Shown in pieces: positions 32,727 to 42,020 of a stretch of DNA of 64,000 bases; within the stretch, counting starts at the first letter, position 1, and the number at the start of each line of letters is the position of its first letter. The translations under genes and the position numbers were made by a program. This DNA is from an uncultured candidate division Zixibacteria bacterium (GTDB lineage Bacteria > Zixibacteria > MSB-5A5 > GN15 > FEB-12), in NCBI GenBank assembly GCA_963806185.1, contig CAWDXE010000004.1, forward strand, positions 96,001 to 160,000, read 5' to 3'. The notes below the pieces were generated by a model, which had not been told where the DNA came from, did not search any database, and worked only from the letters and a program-made list of their open reading frames with translations.

Positions 32727-34544
32727 TTACAACCCCACCAGCCGATACTCAAACTTTTTCCGGCGATCATACGGTGTGATGTCAAACAACTCCCCGCGCT
32801 TCACCCGCTTTTTCAGATCGACCCAGAACTCGACCGTAAATAAATCTCCGTGCGCCCGCTTCAATATCCCCATTAAGGGTATCGGAATCCCCGAGTAGTG
32901 CTCTGTTTCATCCATGAAAAAGTCATTCGGCATGGCCGCAATCCGATCCTCGTCCGGCTGCAATTCCTCCATGTAGTCCCGCGGCGCCGGTTTGTCGCGG
33001 AAATTCACTTTCTCCAGCGACGTCACATCGTCATAGTCAAACAGCACTACCCGGCCCCGTCGTGTCACGCCGTAATTCCAAATGTTGAACAGGTCGAGTG
33101 GGAAGACCCCCACCGAGGCAATGTCCTTGAGGAAGTAGCCAAAATCCACCACTACCCGGCGAATCGCCTCCGGATCAGTATCTTCCAGCAGGTACATGGG
33201 CAACGGTGTCACCCGTCTCTGCAAATAGAGGTGCTCGATGACGACATACATCCCTTCGAAATGTACGCACTGCTTGGCCGCCGCTTCAAACTCGGCCAGG
33301 AGTTCCGGTGTGAACCGCTTCCGCTTGAAGCGAAGATTCGTAAACTCCTGGGTGTCCACCATCCGTCCGACCCGGTCGCGTCGGCAGACAAATTCATACT
33401 GCTGCAATACCTCCTCCCGATTCGTCCGCTTCTCCGTCATCGTCTGACTCCGCAGGAAACAGGGCCGGTCCTTGATCAGCTTGAAGACATACCCGAATGA
33501 CGGCATGGTGAATCCGATCATCACCGCCCCCTCTTTTCCCGGCGCAATGATGAACTTCTCCTTCGATTCGTGTACATACTTGTGCAGCGTCCGGTAAAAC
33601 TCCGTCTTGCCGTGCTTGGTAAAACCCAGTGAGAAATAAAGATCCGACAGCGGCTTCGAGGGCATAATCGATCGGAGAAACTCGATCAGATGATGGTGCC
33701 GCTTGACGCGCACCTGGAATTGACTGAAGGCGAAGCTGAAAACGATACTCGTATCCGCCTCATCCATAAGCGCCGTGTCGACAAAAATGCCGTTCGGCCC
33801 GTTGTACAGCGGAAGAATCAGCGGCAAAATCTTGTCCGCCGCCCGTATCCTGCCCACCAGGTAGGCCACTTTGTTGCGGTAAAACGGCGTTCCAATCATG
33901 TCGATCTGATAAGTTGCACCATAATGCAGAATCGGCCAGAGCCGCAAGTTGATCTCCTGCGCCACCAGCTCCGCGTCGCGTGTGATATCGCGATACTCCA
34001 CGCCGAATCCGTAGCTGCGAAGAATCTCCCGCACGACCAGGTGGGTAGGACGATTTACGACATAGGTGTTATAGATGTCCTGCTCTGTCCCGGCCGTCGG
34101 AGGAGTCGGGGAGAGGCGGAAAAATTCGATCTCACGATCAATGCCGACTGTGAGCAGGACTTTGCGCGTCACTGAATTATAATACGTCTCCGCCAGGTCG
34201 CAGTCGTATCGGCCGCTGATCAACCGCCCGAACATCCGCTTGATTTGCCACCATATCCGCACGTCGCGCAACGCCGGACCCAGACACCGCCGCAGTGCGG
34301 CGGCGGTCTTGTCGAGCGAATCCTCGTACAGGTCATACCGCCGCGCGGCATCGCGTACCCGGCCCGCCCAGTCGCATTTCTCGAATCGTCTCTGCGCCCG
34401 TACCGTCAGCCGATCGAAATCTTGTACGTTTTGCTCGTGGGCATTGAAAATGATTGTAGCCGCTCGCTCAATTCGCACCCGCGTGTCCCGTGGTCGAACC
34501 GCGACCCGACTCTTGATGGATGTCCGAATGGCGTTGGTCGCCAT
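32727..34544 (-). CDS. aceK: isocitrate dehydrogenase kinase/phosphatase homologue
   Basis: AETYYNSV, FYRNKVAYLVG, KHGKTEFYR, VFKLIKD, DRVGRMVDTQEF, HLYLQRRVTPL, GVTRRGRVVLFDYDD; start 34544 or 34568. Confidence 0.9.
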   Translation of the reverse strand: MATNAIRTSIKSRVAVRPRDTRVRIERAATIIFNAHEQNVQDFDRLTVRAQRRFEKCDWAGRVRDAARRYDLYEDSLDKTAAALRRCLGPALRDVRIWWQIKRMFGRLISGRYDCDLAETYYNSVTRKVLLTVGIDREIEFFRLSPTPPTAGTEQDIYNTYVVNRPTHLVVREILRSYGFGVEYRDITRDAELVAQEINLRLWPILHYGATYQIDMIGTPFYRNKVAYLVGRIRAADKILPLILPLYNGPNGIFVDTALMDEADTSIVFSFAFSQFQVRVKRHHHLIEFLRSIMPSKPLSDLYFSLGFTKHGKTEFYRTLHKYVHESKEKFIIAPGKEGAVMIGFTMPSFGYVFKLIKDRPCFLRSQTMTEKRTNREEVLQQYEFVCRRDRVGRMVDTQEFTNLRFKRKRFTPELLAEFEAAAKQCVHFEGMYVVIEHLYLQRRVTPLPMYLLEDTDPEAIRRVVVDFGYFLKDIASVGVFPLDLFNIWNYGVTRRGRVVLFDYDDVTSLEKVNFRDKPAPRDYMEELQPDEDRIAAMPNDFFMDETEHYSGIPIPLMGILKRAHGDLFTVEFWVDLKKRVKRGELFDITPYDRRKKFEYRLVGL

Positions 34545-34637
34545 ATTTCGCCTCATCCTGTTTGGCAAACGACATCGTCATGGTATTCCATCCTAATATG
34601 GATGTTCTCATCGCCGCAAACAAGACCTATTAACCGC

Positions 34638-35103
34638 TGGCTGGCGTAGTTCTCCGTGCGCCGGCCGCCGACTGTGCCGTCAGGTCCCGTGACTGACGGG
34701 GCAAGGTGTCCCCGTCGTGCATTTTCCCCTCCTCGTCATCCTGAATCATTTCCCTCCTCGTCATCCTGAATCATTCGCCCCCCTCGTCATCCTGAATCAT
34801 TCCTATGATTCAGGATCTCACTGTCCACCGTGCCTACCTGTACGGCCGCAAAGCGTCGCACTGAGTCCTTCGTCTCCGCTCAGGATAAACTTCGTCGAAG
34901 TGCGATTGAAGGGTATAGCGAGTCATTGCGAGGCGCGCTTCGCGCCGCGGCAATCTCAAATCTTTCGCATGTCAATGACTGCTCATCATCACACCACGAT
35001 GGCGATGCCAGAATCGTCGGGCGGACAAATGACACTGGTGAACGGAGTCGAAGCCCGACGATCACAAACACCCCCTCGCCGCCTCTCAGGGACACGTGTC
35101 CCT
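34638..35103. repeat. dense mosaic of REP-like palindromes including a 3x ~25-bp tandem repeat
   Basis: Family C (34638), B (34672), 3x CCTCGTCATCCTGAATCATT (34726-34801), family D (34922-34962), ATCGTCGGGC/GCCCGACGAT, perfect AGGGACACGTGTCCCT (35088-35103). Confidence 0.8.
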
Positions 35104-35203
35104 ATGCGATAGGGCCAGCATTCGGCCCGCCATTTGCTCCCTTATCTGTCAACGCGGCATCATGGATGTTGCCGCACTACTTTAACAGGGACGAGGTAAT
35201 TGC

Positions 35204-35800
35204 ATGAAGCGTACGGTATTGGCTCTGTTGTGTGGCCTGATTTTTCTACCCGGTTCGACCTGGGCATTCTCCTTTCTCAGCATCAAATCTGCCCAGATGT
35301 GGAAAATTCATGCAAACACGTACCGCCTCAAGATTGACATCAACTTTGGCGGACATATCGACGCGCCGCCTATCCCCGACGGCGTCACCTCGGTTACGAG
35401 CCCCGAACTCTACTTCACCCGATTCTCAATAGCCACCCCGCGCTCCGCTCGGAATTTCTATTATGATCCGGGCGACGGAGTGATCAGCTGCAATCCTGAC
35501 CAATATGCGGCCGACTGGTCCTCAGTTGGCTGGGGGCACACTCCCGGTACGATGGGTACTACTTTCGGCTTTGATTTCGAGGATATCGGTCCGCCCGACC
35601 GCCTCCCGCATTTCACCTTTGCCGCCGAGCTGCAGTGGTGTCGCGTTGCCTTTTACGAACCATATGCCGTCGGTTCTGACTGGCTCGGTCAGGATAATCA
35701 TCGCGGTGGAATCATCGCCGATGTCGTCCCTGAACCGACGACGTTGGCATTGTTCGGCTTCGGCCTTGCCTGCGCCTCCCTTTTCCGCCGCCGCCGATAG
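35204..35800 (+). CDS. PEP-CTERM sorting-domain surface protein, paralogue of 32032-32658
   Basis: Signal peptide; VPEPTTLALFGFGL...RRRR; shares FLS...TYRL...GG and FGxDF blocks with the first copy. Confidence 0.9.
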   Translation: MKRTVLALLCGLIFLPGSTWAFSFLSIKSAQMWKIHANTYRLKIDINFGGHIDAPPIPDGVTSVTSPELYFTRFSIATPRSARNFYYDPGDGVISCNPDQYAADWSSVGWGHTPGTMGTTFGFDFEDIGPPDRLPHFTFAAELQWCRVAFYEPYAVGSDWLGQDNHRGGIIADVVPEPTTLALFGFGLACASLFRRRR

Positions 35801-35813
35801 CGATGATCATTGC

Positions 35814-36299
35814 AGTGCCTGGCGTACGTCTCGTGTGCCACGCCCGTCTCCCCAACTGCCATCCCGCTCCCCAAAAATGTCACCCCCGCCTTAAGCGGGG
35901 GCCCATTCCATTCTTGCCTCGAGTATCTCTCAAATCGTCATCCTGAACCTCTTCCCAAAGGTTCAGGGTCTCACTGTCCACCGCCCCGCCGATCACGCCA
36001 CCGCGAGATGCGCTCCTCCTCTTTGTCATTGCGAGGCGCGCTTCGCGCCGTGGCGATCTCAAATCCCTCGTTTTTCGATGATTGATCACCATCGCACCAC
36101 GATTGAAGGTCCCCCATAGGTCAGGCTTCTATATCAGTTTTATCAAGAAGCCTGACAGATAGGCCAACTCCGTACCCCACCGTCTCCGCGGTGGTGTATC
36201 CAATGCCTGGCCGACGTCCCGTGCGCCAGCCGGCAACGCATGACGGCTTCTCGGAATCTTATCCTACAACAGATACCACACCGTAAATCGGTGTGGTAC
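35814..36299. repeat. second mosaic of REP-like palindromes
   Basis: Family C (35814, 36203), GTCACCCCCGCCTTAAGCGGGGG, family E (35936), family D (36025-36065), family A (36116-36157), TACCACACCG/CGGTGTGGTA hairpin. Confidence 0.8.
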
Positions 36300-36322
36300 G
36301 GAATGGGGAGGTGTGCTACCGG

Positions 36323-37132
36323 CTACATCTCGCACGTCTGAGCGACACTGTCGCCGAAATAAGCGCCGGCTTCAACGATCGACAAGCTATCCGGAGTCAG
36401 TTTCCCCAGCGACTCACACCATCGCGGAAGTATTCTGTCCGGCGGCACCTTCCACCGCTCTTCCCATCGCTCTTTGCCGGTCATCTTCTTTGGCACTGGT
36501 CGAGAATTGTCTGGTATCCGCATGCGTGTTGGCGCAGCCAGACTTTCAGGCCGCTGCTCTGGTGGCCGATAGCGCGGGTCAGTTGCGAACACCTTGACCG
36601 TGTCCACGCTAGAAACGAAGTAAACATCTATGGGCCGGCTCCCTCTACAGCTTTCGATAAAGCCCTCAATTGCACACGTGTCGTTGGGGCGCAGCGTTAC
36701 CGTGAATCTCGAATTGTAGGTTGAATCGGCGTTAAGGCGACCGTACCAGACGTTGGGCCCGGCGTATTCTGCGCCAATAACGCCAACGCGCAGTTGAATG
36801 CTATCGCATGGATACTCCCACGCCCGAAACTTGGCAAAAATGTTAATCTCCACCGGGCCAGGCTTTAACGGTGGCGAAACCGGCCGCATGCGCGCTCCGA
36901 TGCCCCACATGCCGAAGATATCGTTGGTATCGTACGGCACCGGTGTGTGATGAATCACTGGCGTCGGATGAAGAATCAGCGCTTCCAGCGCCTTCAACGC
37001 GGAATCACTCTGTGTAACGGGCTCTGAACCCGGCTGTTGTGCCGGCTGCGCATGACCCGGCATTCCCGACAGCACATAGGCGGCTATTGCCGCTGTTACA
37101 TAGAATCTGATTCTTTTCACATTCCCCTCCAC
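36323..37132 (-). CDS. hypothetical exported protein
   Basis: 269-aa ORF with signal peptide ending GHA-Q; family not recognised; start may be GTG 37120. Confidence 0.55.
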   Translation of the reverse strand: MEGNVKRIRFYVTAAIAAYVLSGMPGHAQPAQQPGSEPVTQSDSALKALEALILHPTPVIHHTPVPYDTNDIFGMWGIGARMRPVSPPLKPGPVEINIFAKFRAWEYPCDSIQLRVGVIGAEYAGPNVWYGRLNADSTYNSRFTVTLRPNDTCAIEGFIESCRGSRPIDVYFVSSVDTVKVFATDPRYRPPEQRPESLAAPTRMRIPDNSRPVPKKMTGKERWEERWKVPPDRILPRWCESLGKLTPDSLSIVEAGAYFGDSVAQTCEM

Positions 37133-37426
37133 ATATGTGTTATATCAACTCATTGACGTTTTGGATTGGGTCACTGAAACCATGAATTCCCTCCCGCTCT
37201 GAAATGAACTCGCCTGAATTCTTGCAATGCCGAGCGAATTCGTCGGTAATTTGAGAATCTGTGCGATCTGAGATGGCCGCGGCGGCGATCAGGAATAAGA
37301 GAGTCCGTCGCTTACCAATGGACGTTCATTTAATTGTTATGTGTAATGGAGCCATCTGTCAAGTATCTATCTTGTCATCCCCCCCTCTTTTTCCCCTTGC
37401 CCTCCCTCTCCCCATTCACTTTATTG

Positions 37427-37444
37427 TTGTGACAGTTTTCACAA
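37427..37444. promoter_or_regulatory. Rex-like operator
   Basis: TTGTGACAGTTTTCACAA versus Rex consensus TTGTGAANNNNTTCACAA (one mismatch), upstream of iorA. Confidence 0.7.
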
Positions 37445-37566
37445 AGTCGCGCCCCGTTGGCCCGACTTTAACATAAAAGGTACTCGATTACCCGCCAGTG
37501 ACTTGCACTCGCAACCACCGGCAACCGAAATGAGTCAAAACGTGATCTTCCATACAGGGGCAACCC

Positions 37567-39357
37567 ATGAGAGAACTCCTTTCAGGCAATGAAGCGGTGG
37601 CCCGCGGCGCCTTCGAGGCCGGCGTCAAACTCGCCGCCTCCTACCCGGGTACACCGTCGACCGAAATCCTCGAAACCCTGGCCCATCGCTATCCCCAGAT
37701 CTACAGCCAGTGGTCACCCAATGAAAAAGTTGCGTTCGAAGTCGGCATCGGCGCTTCGATCGGCGGCGCGCGCGCGCTGGTGACGATGAAACATGTCGGC
37801 CTCAACGTCGCCGCCGATCCGTTCATGACCTTCGCCTATACCGGCGTCAACGGCGGTTTCGTGCTGGTCTCCGCCGATGATCCGGAAATGCATTCCTCGC
37901 AGAACGAACAGGACAACCGGTTCTTCGCCCGGTTCGCGCAGGTTCCCGGCTTGATCCCGTCCGATTCGCAGGAATCCAAAGACATGCTCGTCACGGCCTA
38001 CGAGATGTCGGAGATGTTCGACACGCCGGTCATGCTCCACATGACGACCCGCATCTCGCACTCGAAGGGGATTGTCGAGCTCAACGAACCCCATGCCGGG
38101 CCGGACAAGAAATTCGTCAAGAACCCGCAGAAATATGTGATGATCCCCTCCAATGCGCGCACGCGCCACGTCGTCGTCACCGAGCGTCTGGAGAAATTGA
38201 AACGGTTTGCCGAGGAAACGCCCGCTCAACGTCATCGAGAACAACGGTTCCAAGTTCGGCATCATCACCGGCGGCGTCGCCTATCAGTACGCCAAGGAAG
38301 TCGCGCCCGATTTTGATTATTTCAAGATCGGTATGAGCTATCCGTTGCCGATGAAGAAGATCCGCCAGTTCATCGAAAGCCACCAGACGGTCTTGGTCAT
38401 CGAAGAACTCGAACCGTTCTGGGAAGACCAGATTCGCGCCGCCGGCATGATGGTGGAAGGGAAGAAGTACTTCTCCGGCTCGGCGAATTGTCGCCGTATC
38501 GCGTCGCGCAGGGTCTCGAAGAGGCCGGAGTGATCGACCACGTCCCGCCGCCGGAAATCTTGGGCGAAGAACTCTTCCCGCGTCCGCCGGTGTTGTGTCC
38601 CGGCTGTCCGCATCGCGGCGCTTTCATGGCGCTCAAGAAACTGGGTGTGGCGGTCACCGGCGATATCGGCTGTTACACGCTCGGCGTGCTGGAGCCGCTC
38701 AACGCGCTGGATAGCTGCATCTGCATGGGCGCCTCGATCGGCAACGCCATCGGTATGGAAAAAGTGAAGGGATCGGAGAAGGGGACGGTCGCCGTCATCG
38801 GCGATTCGACTTTCATCCACTCCGGCATCACCGGCCTGCTCGACGCGGTCTACAACAACAGCAATGTCACGGTGATCATTCTCGATAACCGGGCCACCGC
38901 CATGACCGGCGGCCAGCAGCATGCCGCCACCGGCCATACGCTGATGGGGCATAAGGCGCCCGAATTGAATCTGGTCAACCTGATCAAGGCGCTTGGCGTC
39001 AAATCGGTTCGCGAACTCGACCCGTATGATTACAACGGCGCTCTCGATGTCATCAAGGAAGAAATGAATCGCTCCGGCCCATCGGTGATCATCACCAGCC
39101 GTCCCTGTGTGCTCATGCCGCAGCGGATTATGGATGAACCGTACGTGGTCGATGCCGAACTTTGCACCGCCTGCTCGGCCTGCTTCCGCATCTCCTGCCC
39201 GGCCATCGCCGCGTCGGAGGAAACCAACAAGCACGGCCACCCGAAGGCGGTGATCGATGAAACCCAGTGCACCGGCTGCACCCTGTGCGCTCAGATCTGC
39301 CCGCCCGAGGCGATCATCCTCCGCAGTCACTACACGAAAGAGAGAGTGAAGGCATGA
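37567..39357 (+). CDS. iorA: indolepyruvate ferredoxin oxidoreductase alpha subunit (indels near 38220 and 38480)
   Basis: LSGNEAVARG, YPGTPSTEI, MKHVGLNVAAD, SSQNEQDNR, RPPVLCPGCPHR, GDIGCY, IGDSTF, two C-terminal 4Fe-4S motifs. Confidence 0.93.
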
Positions 39358-39956
39358 CCGACAATAGTTTCAACATACTGATCGTCGGCGTCGGCGGGCA
39401 GGGGGTGCTGCTGGCCTCAGAAATTCTCTCCGAGGCCGCCATGAACGCCGGACTCGACGTCAAGAAATCCGAAGTCCACGGCATGTCCCAGCGCGGCGGC
39501 GTCGTCTCGTCGCATGTCAAAATCGCTCCCAAAGTCTACTCACCCACGATTCCGCAAGGGCAGGTCGATATCGTTCTCTCGTTCGAGCAGGCCGAAGGAC
39601 TTCGCTGGACCGGCTGGATGCGCAAAGACTCTATCGCCATCGTCTCGCAGACGACCCTCATCCCGGCGATTGTCACCTCGTCCAAGCAGTATCATTACCC
39701 CGAGGATGCGATCGAACAGCTCAAGAAGAAGATCCATCGCGTCATCAGCGTTCCCGCCGATCAGATCGCCGGCGAGCTGGGCAACCCGCGTCTCGTCAAT
39801 ACGATTTTGTTGGGCGTGTTGTCCAACTACCTGCCGTTCGATTACGATCTCTGGGTCGACTGCTTTAAGGCCAAGATCAAACCGAAACTGGTGGACATCA
39901 ATCTTGAGGCGTTCAAGCGCGGGCGAGACATTCGCCTGACACCCGTCACCGCCTGA
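39354..39956 (+). CDS. iorB: indolepyruvate ferredoxin oxidoreductase beta subunit
   Basis: GVGGQG, SEVHGMSQRGGVV, NTILLG. Confidence 0.93.
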   Translation: MTDNSFNILIVGVGGQGVLLASEILSEAAMNAGLDVKKSEVHGMSQRGGVVSSHVKIAPKVYSPTIPQGQVDIVLSFEQAEGLRWTGWMRKDSIAIVSQTTLIPAIVTSSKQYHYPEDAIEQLKKKIHRVISVPADQIAGELGNPRLVNTILLGVLSNYLPFDYDLWVDCFKAKIKPKLVDINLEAFKRGRDIRLTPVTA

Positions 39957-39972
39957 TACTTGCGAGGTCGTT

Positions 39973-41040
39973 ATGGCAGACTACATGCTCATCATCAACC
40001 CCGGGTCGACCTCGACGAAAATGGCCCTCTTCGACGGCGACAAGAAAGTTGTCGACGAAACCGTCCGCCACGACCCGAAAGAACTGGCCGCCTTCGACAA
40101 CGTCGCCGACCAGTTTGCCTATCGCATGAAAGCTATCGATCAATGGATCGACAAGCTTCCGGCCGATTCCCGGAAACTCTCGGCGGTTGTCGGTCGCGGT
40201 GCCCCGCTAAAACCGCTCGAGGGCGGCTCGTACAAGATTTCGGCGCAGATGCTCGACGACCTCAAAACGCGCAAGTATTCCAACCACGCCTCCAATCTTG
40301 GTGCGTTGATCGCCCATCATCTCGGTCAGCGGTACGGTGTGCCGTCACTTATCTCCGATCCGATCACCACCGACAACTTCACCGACATCGCGCGCATCTC
40401 CGGCCTCCCGGAGATCGAACGCAAATGCCGGGTGCACGCACTCAACATCAAAGAGGTCTGTCGCCGCGAGGCCGCCAAACGCGGCTGGAAGCTGGACGCC
40501 GTCAACTTCGTCGCCGCCCACATGGGCGGCGGTGTCTCGGTGGCCGCACTCGAGAAGGGGAGAGTCATCGACGTGAACGACGCCCTGCTCGGCATGGGCC
40601 CGTTCTCTCCCGATCGTTGCGGCGCTCTGCCCCTCGGCGGGCTGGTAAAGCTCTGCTTCAGCGGCAAGTACACCGAAAAGCAGCTCCTCGACAAATTATC
40701 CAAAGGCGCCGGTCTCGTCGCCTATCTTGGTCAGGCCGATCTTCGCGAAGTTGAGAAGATGATCGACAACGGCGATCAGAAAGCGCTCCTCTATTTCAAT
40801 GCTATGGCCTACCAGATCGCCAAGGAGATCGGCGTCGCCGCCACCGTTCTCAAAGGTAACTATGCCGGTATCGTGCTCACCGGCGGCATGGCCCACTCGG
40901 ACCGTCTCGTGAGCGAGATCACCAAGTACATTGCCTTTCTCGGCAATGTGATCATCGTGCCCGGTGAATTCGAAATGGAAGCCCTCGCCGCCGCCGGCCT
41001 GCGTTTCCTCCATGATGAAGAACAACTCAAGGAATACTGA
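39973..41040 (+). CDS. buk: butyrate / branched-chain carboxylate kinase
   Basis: INPGSTSTK, HASNLGA, HALN, HMGGGVSV, GPFSPDR, GEFEMEAL. Confidence 0.95.
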   Translation: MADYMLIINPGSTSTKMALFDGDKKVVDETVRHDPKELAAFDNVADQFAYRMKAIDQWIDKLPADSRKLSAVVGRGAPLKPLEGGSYKISAQMLDDLKTRKYSNHASNLGALIAHHLGQRYGVPSLISDPITTDNFTDIARISGLPEIERKCRVHALNIKEVCRREAAKRGWKLDAVNFVAAHMGGGVSVAALEKGRVIDVNDALLGMGPFSPDRCGALPLGGLVKLCFSGKYTEKQLLDKLSKGAGLVAYLGQADLREVEKMIDNGDQKALLYFNAMAYQIAKEIGVAATVLKGNYAGIVLTGGMAHSDRLVSEITKYIAFLGNVIIVPGEFEMEALAAAGLRFLHDEEQLKEY

Positions 41041-41060
41041 TCGTCAGAAGTGGAGCCGGT

Positions 41061-42020
41061 ATGAAAACACCGATTCATTCTTCGACTCAACTGATCGACT
41101 ACGCTATCGCTCTGGCCGAAGCGGGGAAGAAGAAAACCGTCGCCGTCGCCGCCGCGCAGGATGTCGACGTGATCGACGCTGTCTCGCAGGCCAATCGCGA
41201 CGGATTCCTCGACGGCATCCTCGTGGGTGACCGCGAGGCCATCGTCAAACTGGCTGCCGGCGCCGACATCCCGATCGACGCTTTGCAGATCATCGACGAG
41301 AAGGATGTCACCAAGGCCGCCCATGGCGCCGTGAAATTGGCGTCCGAGGGCAAGGCCGACGCTATCATGAAGGGATTTCTGCCCACCTCATCGTTACTGA
41401 AAGTCGTTCTCGACAAACAGTATGGACTGCGCGGCTCGAACACGCTCTCGCATTGCGCGGTACTCGACATCCCCGGCTATCATAAACTGCTCAACTTGAC
41501 CGACGGTGGGATGGTCGTCAAACCGGATACCGAACAGAAGTTTCAGATTCTCGAGAATGCGGTCCTCGTCGCCCGCGCCCTCGGCCTGTCCCCGGTCAAA
41601 GTGGCCGTATCGTCCGCCGTTGACCGCCTGTCCGAGAAAGTGCCGCACACGCTCGCCGATATGGACGGCCTCGTCCCCATGGCGATGGAAAAACTCGCCA
41701 ACGTCGCCATCCAGTGCCCGCTCACTTTCGATATGGCGACCTCAAAGGAGGCCGCCGCCGCCCATGGCTCCTCCGGGCCAGTGGTCGGTGATGCCGACAT
41801 CTTTCTCGTCGACTCCATCGAGGAAGGAAACATCACCGCCAAAACCCTCATCCAGTTCGCCGATGCCGTCTTCGCCGGCGTCATTGTGGGTGCCAAAGTA
41901 CCTGTCTCGCTGGTCTCACGTACCGATACCGTGATTAATAAGAAAGCCTCGCTCGCCCTGGCTTGCGTCATTGCCGACTTCTACGCCACCCACGGCGCCA
42001 ATGGAAAGGAGCAGGCATGA
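41061..42020 (+). CDS. ptb: phosphate butyryltransferase
   Basis: VAVAAAQD, AIMKG, LSH, TDGGM, EGN, VGAKVPVSLVSRTD. Confidence 0.85.
   Translation: MKTPIHSSTQLIDYAIALAEAGKKKTVAVAAAQDVDVIDAVSQANRDGFLDGILVGDREAIVKLAAGADIPIDALQIIDEKDVTKAAHGAVKLASEGKADAIMKGFLPTSSLLKVVLDKQYGLRGSNTLSHCAVLDIPGYHKLLNLTDGGMVVKPDTEQKFQILENAVLVARALGLSPVKVAVSSAVDRLSEKVPHTLADMDGLVPMAMEKLANVAIQCPLTFDMATSKEAAAAHGSSGPVVGDADIFLVDSIEEGNITAKTLIQFADAVFAGVIVGAKVPVSLVSRTDTVINKKASLALACVIADFYATHGANGKEQA

Noticed and set aside
34726..34801. CRISPR-like array
   Set aside because: Only 5-6 nt separate the 20-bp cores, so there are no real spacers, and no cas genes are present
34717..35207. ORFs in the repeat-rich spacer (34717-35112, 34830-35207)
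   Set aside because: They are translations of palindromic repeats without RBS or protein features
37141..37330. Short minus-strand reading frame upstream of the exported protein
   Set aside because: No convincing start, RBS or motif; cannot be supported
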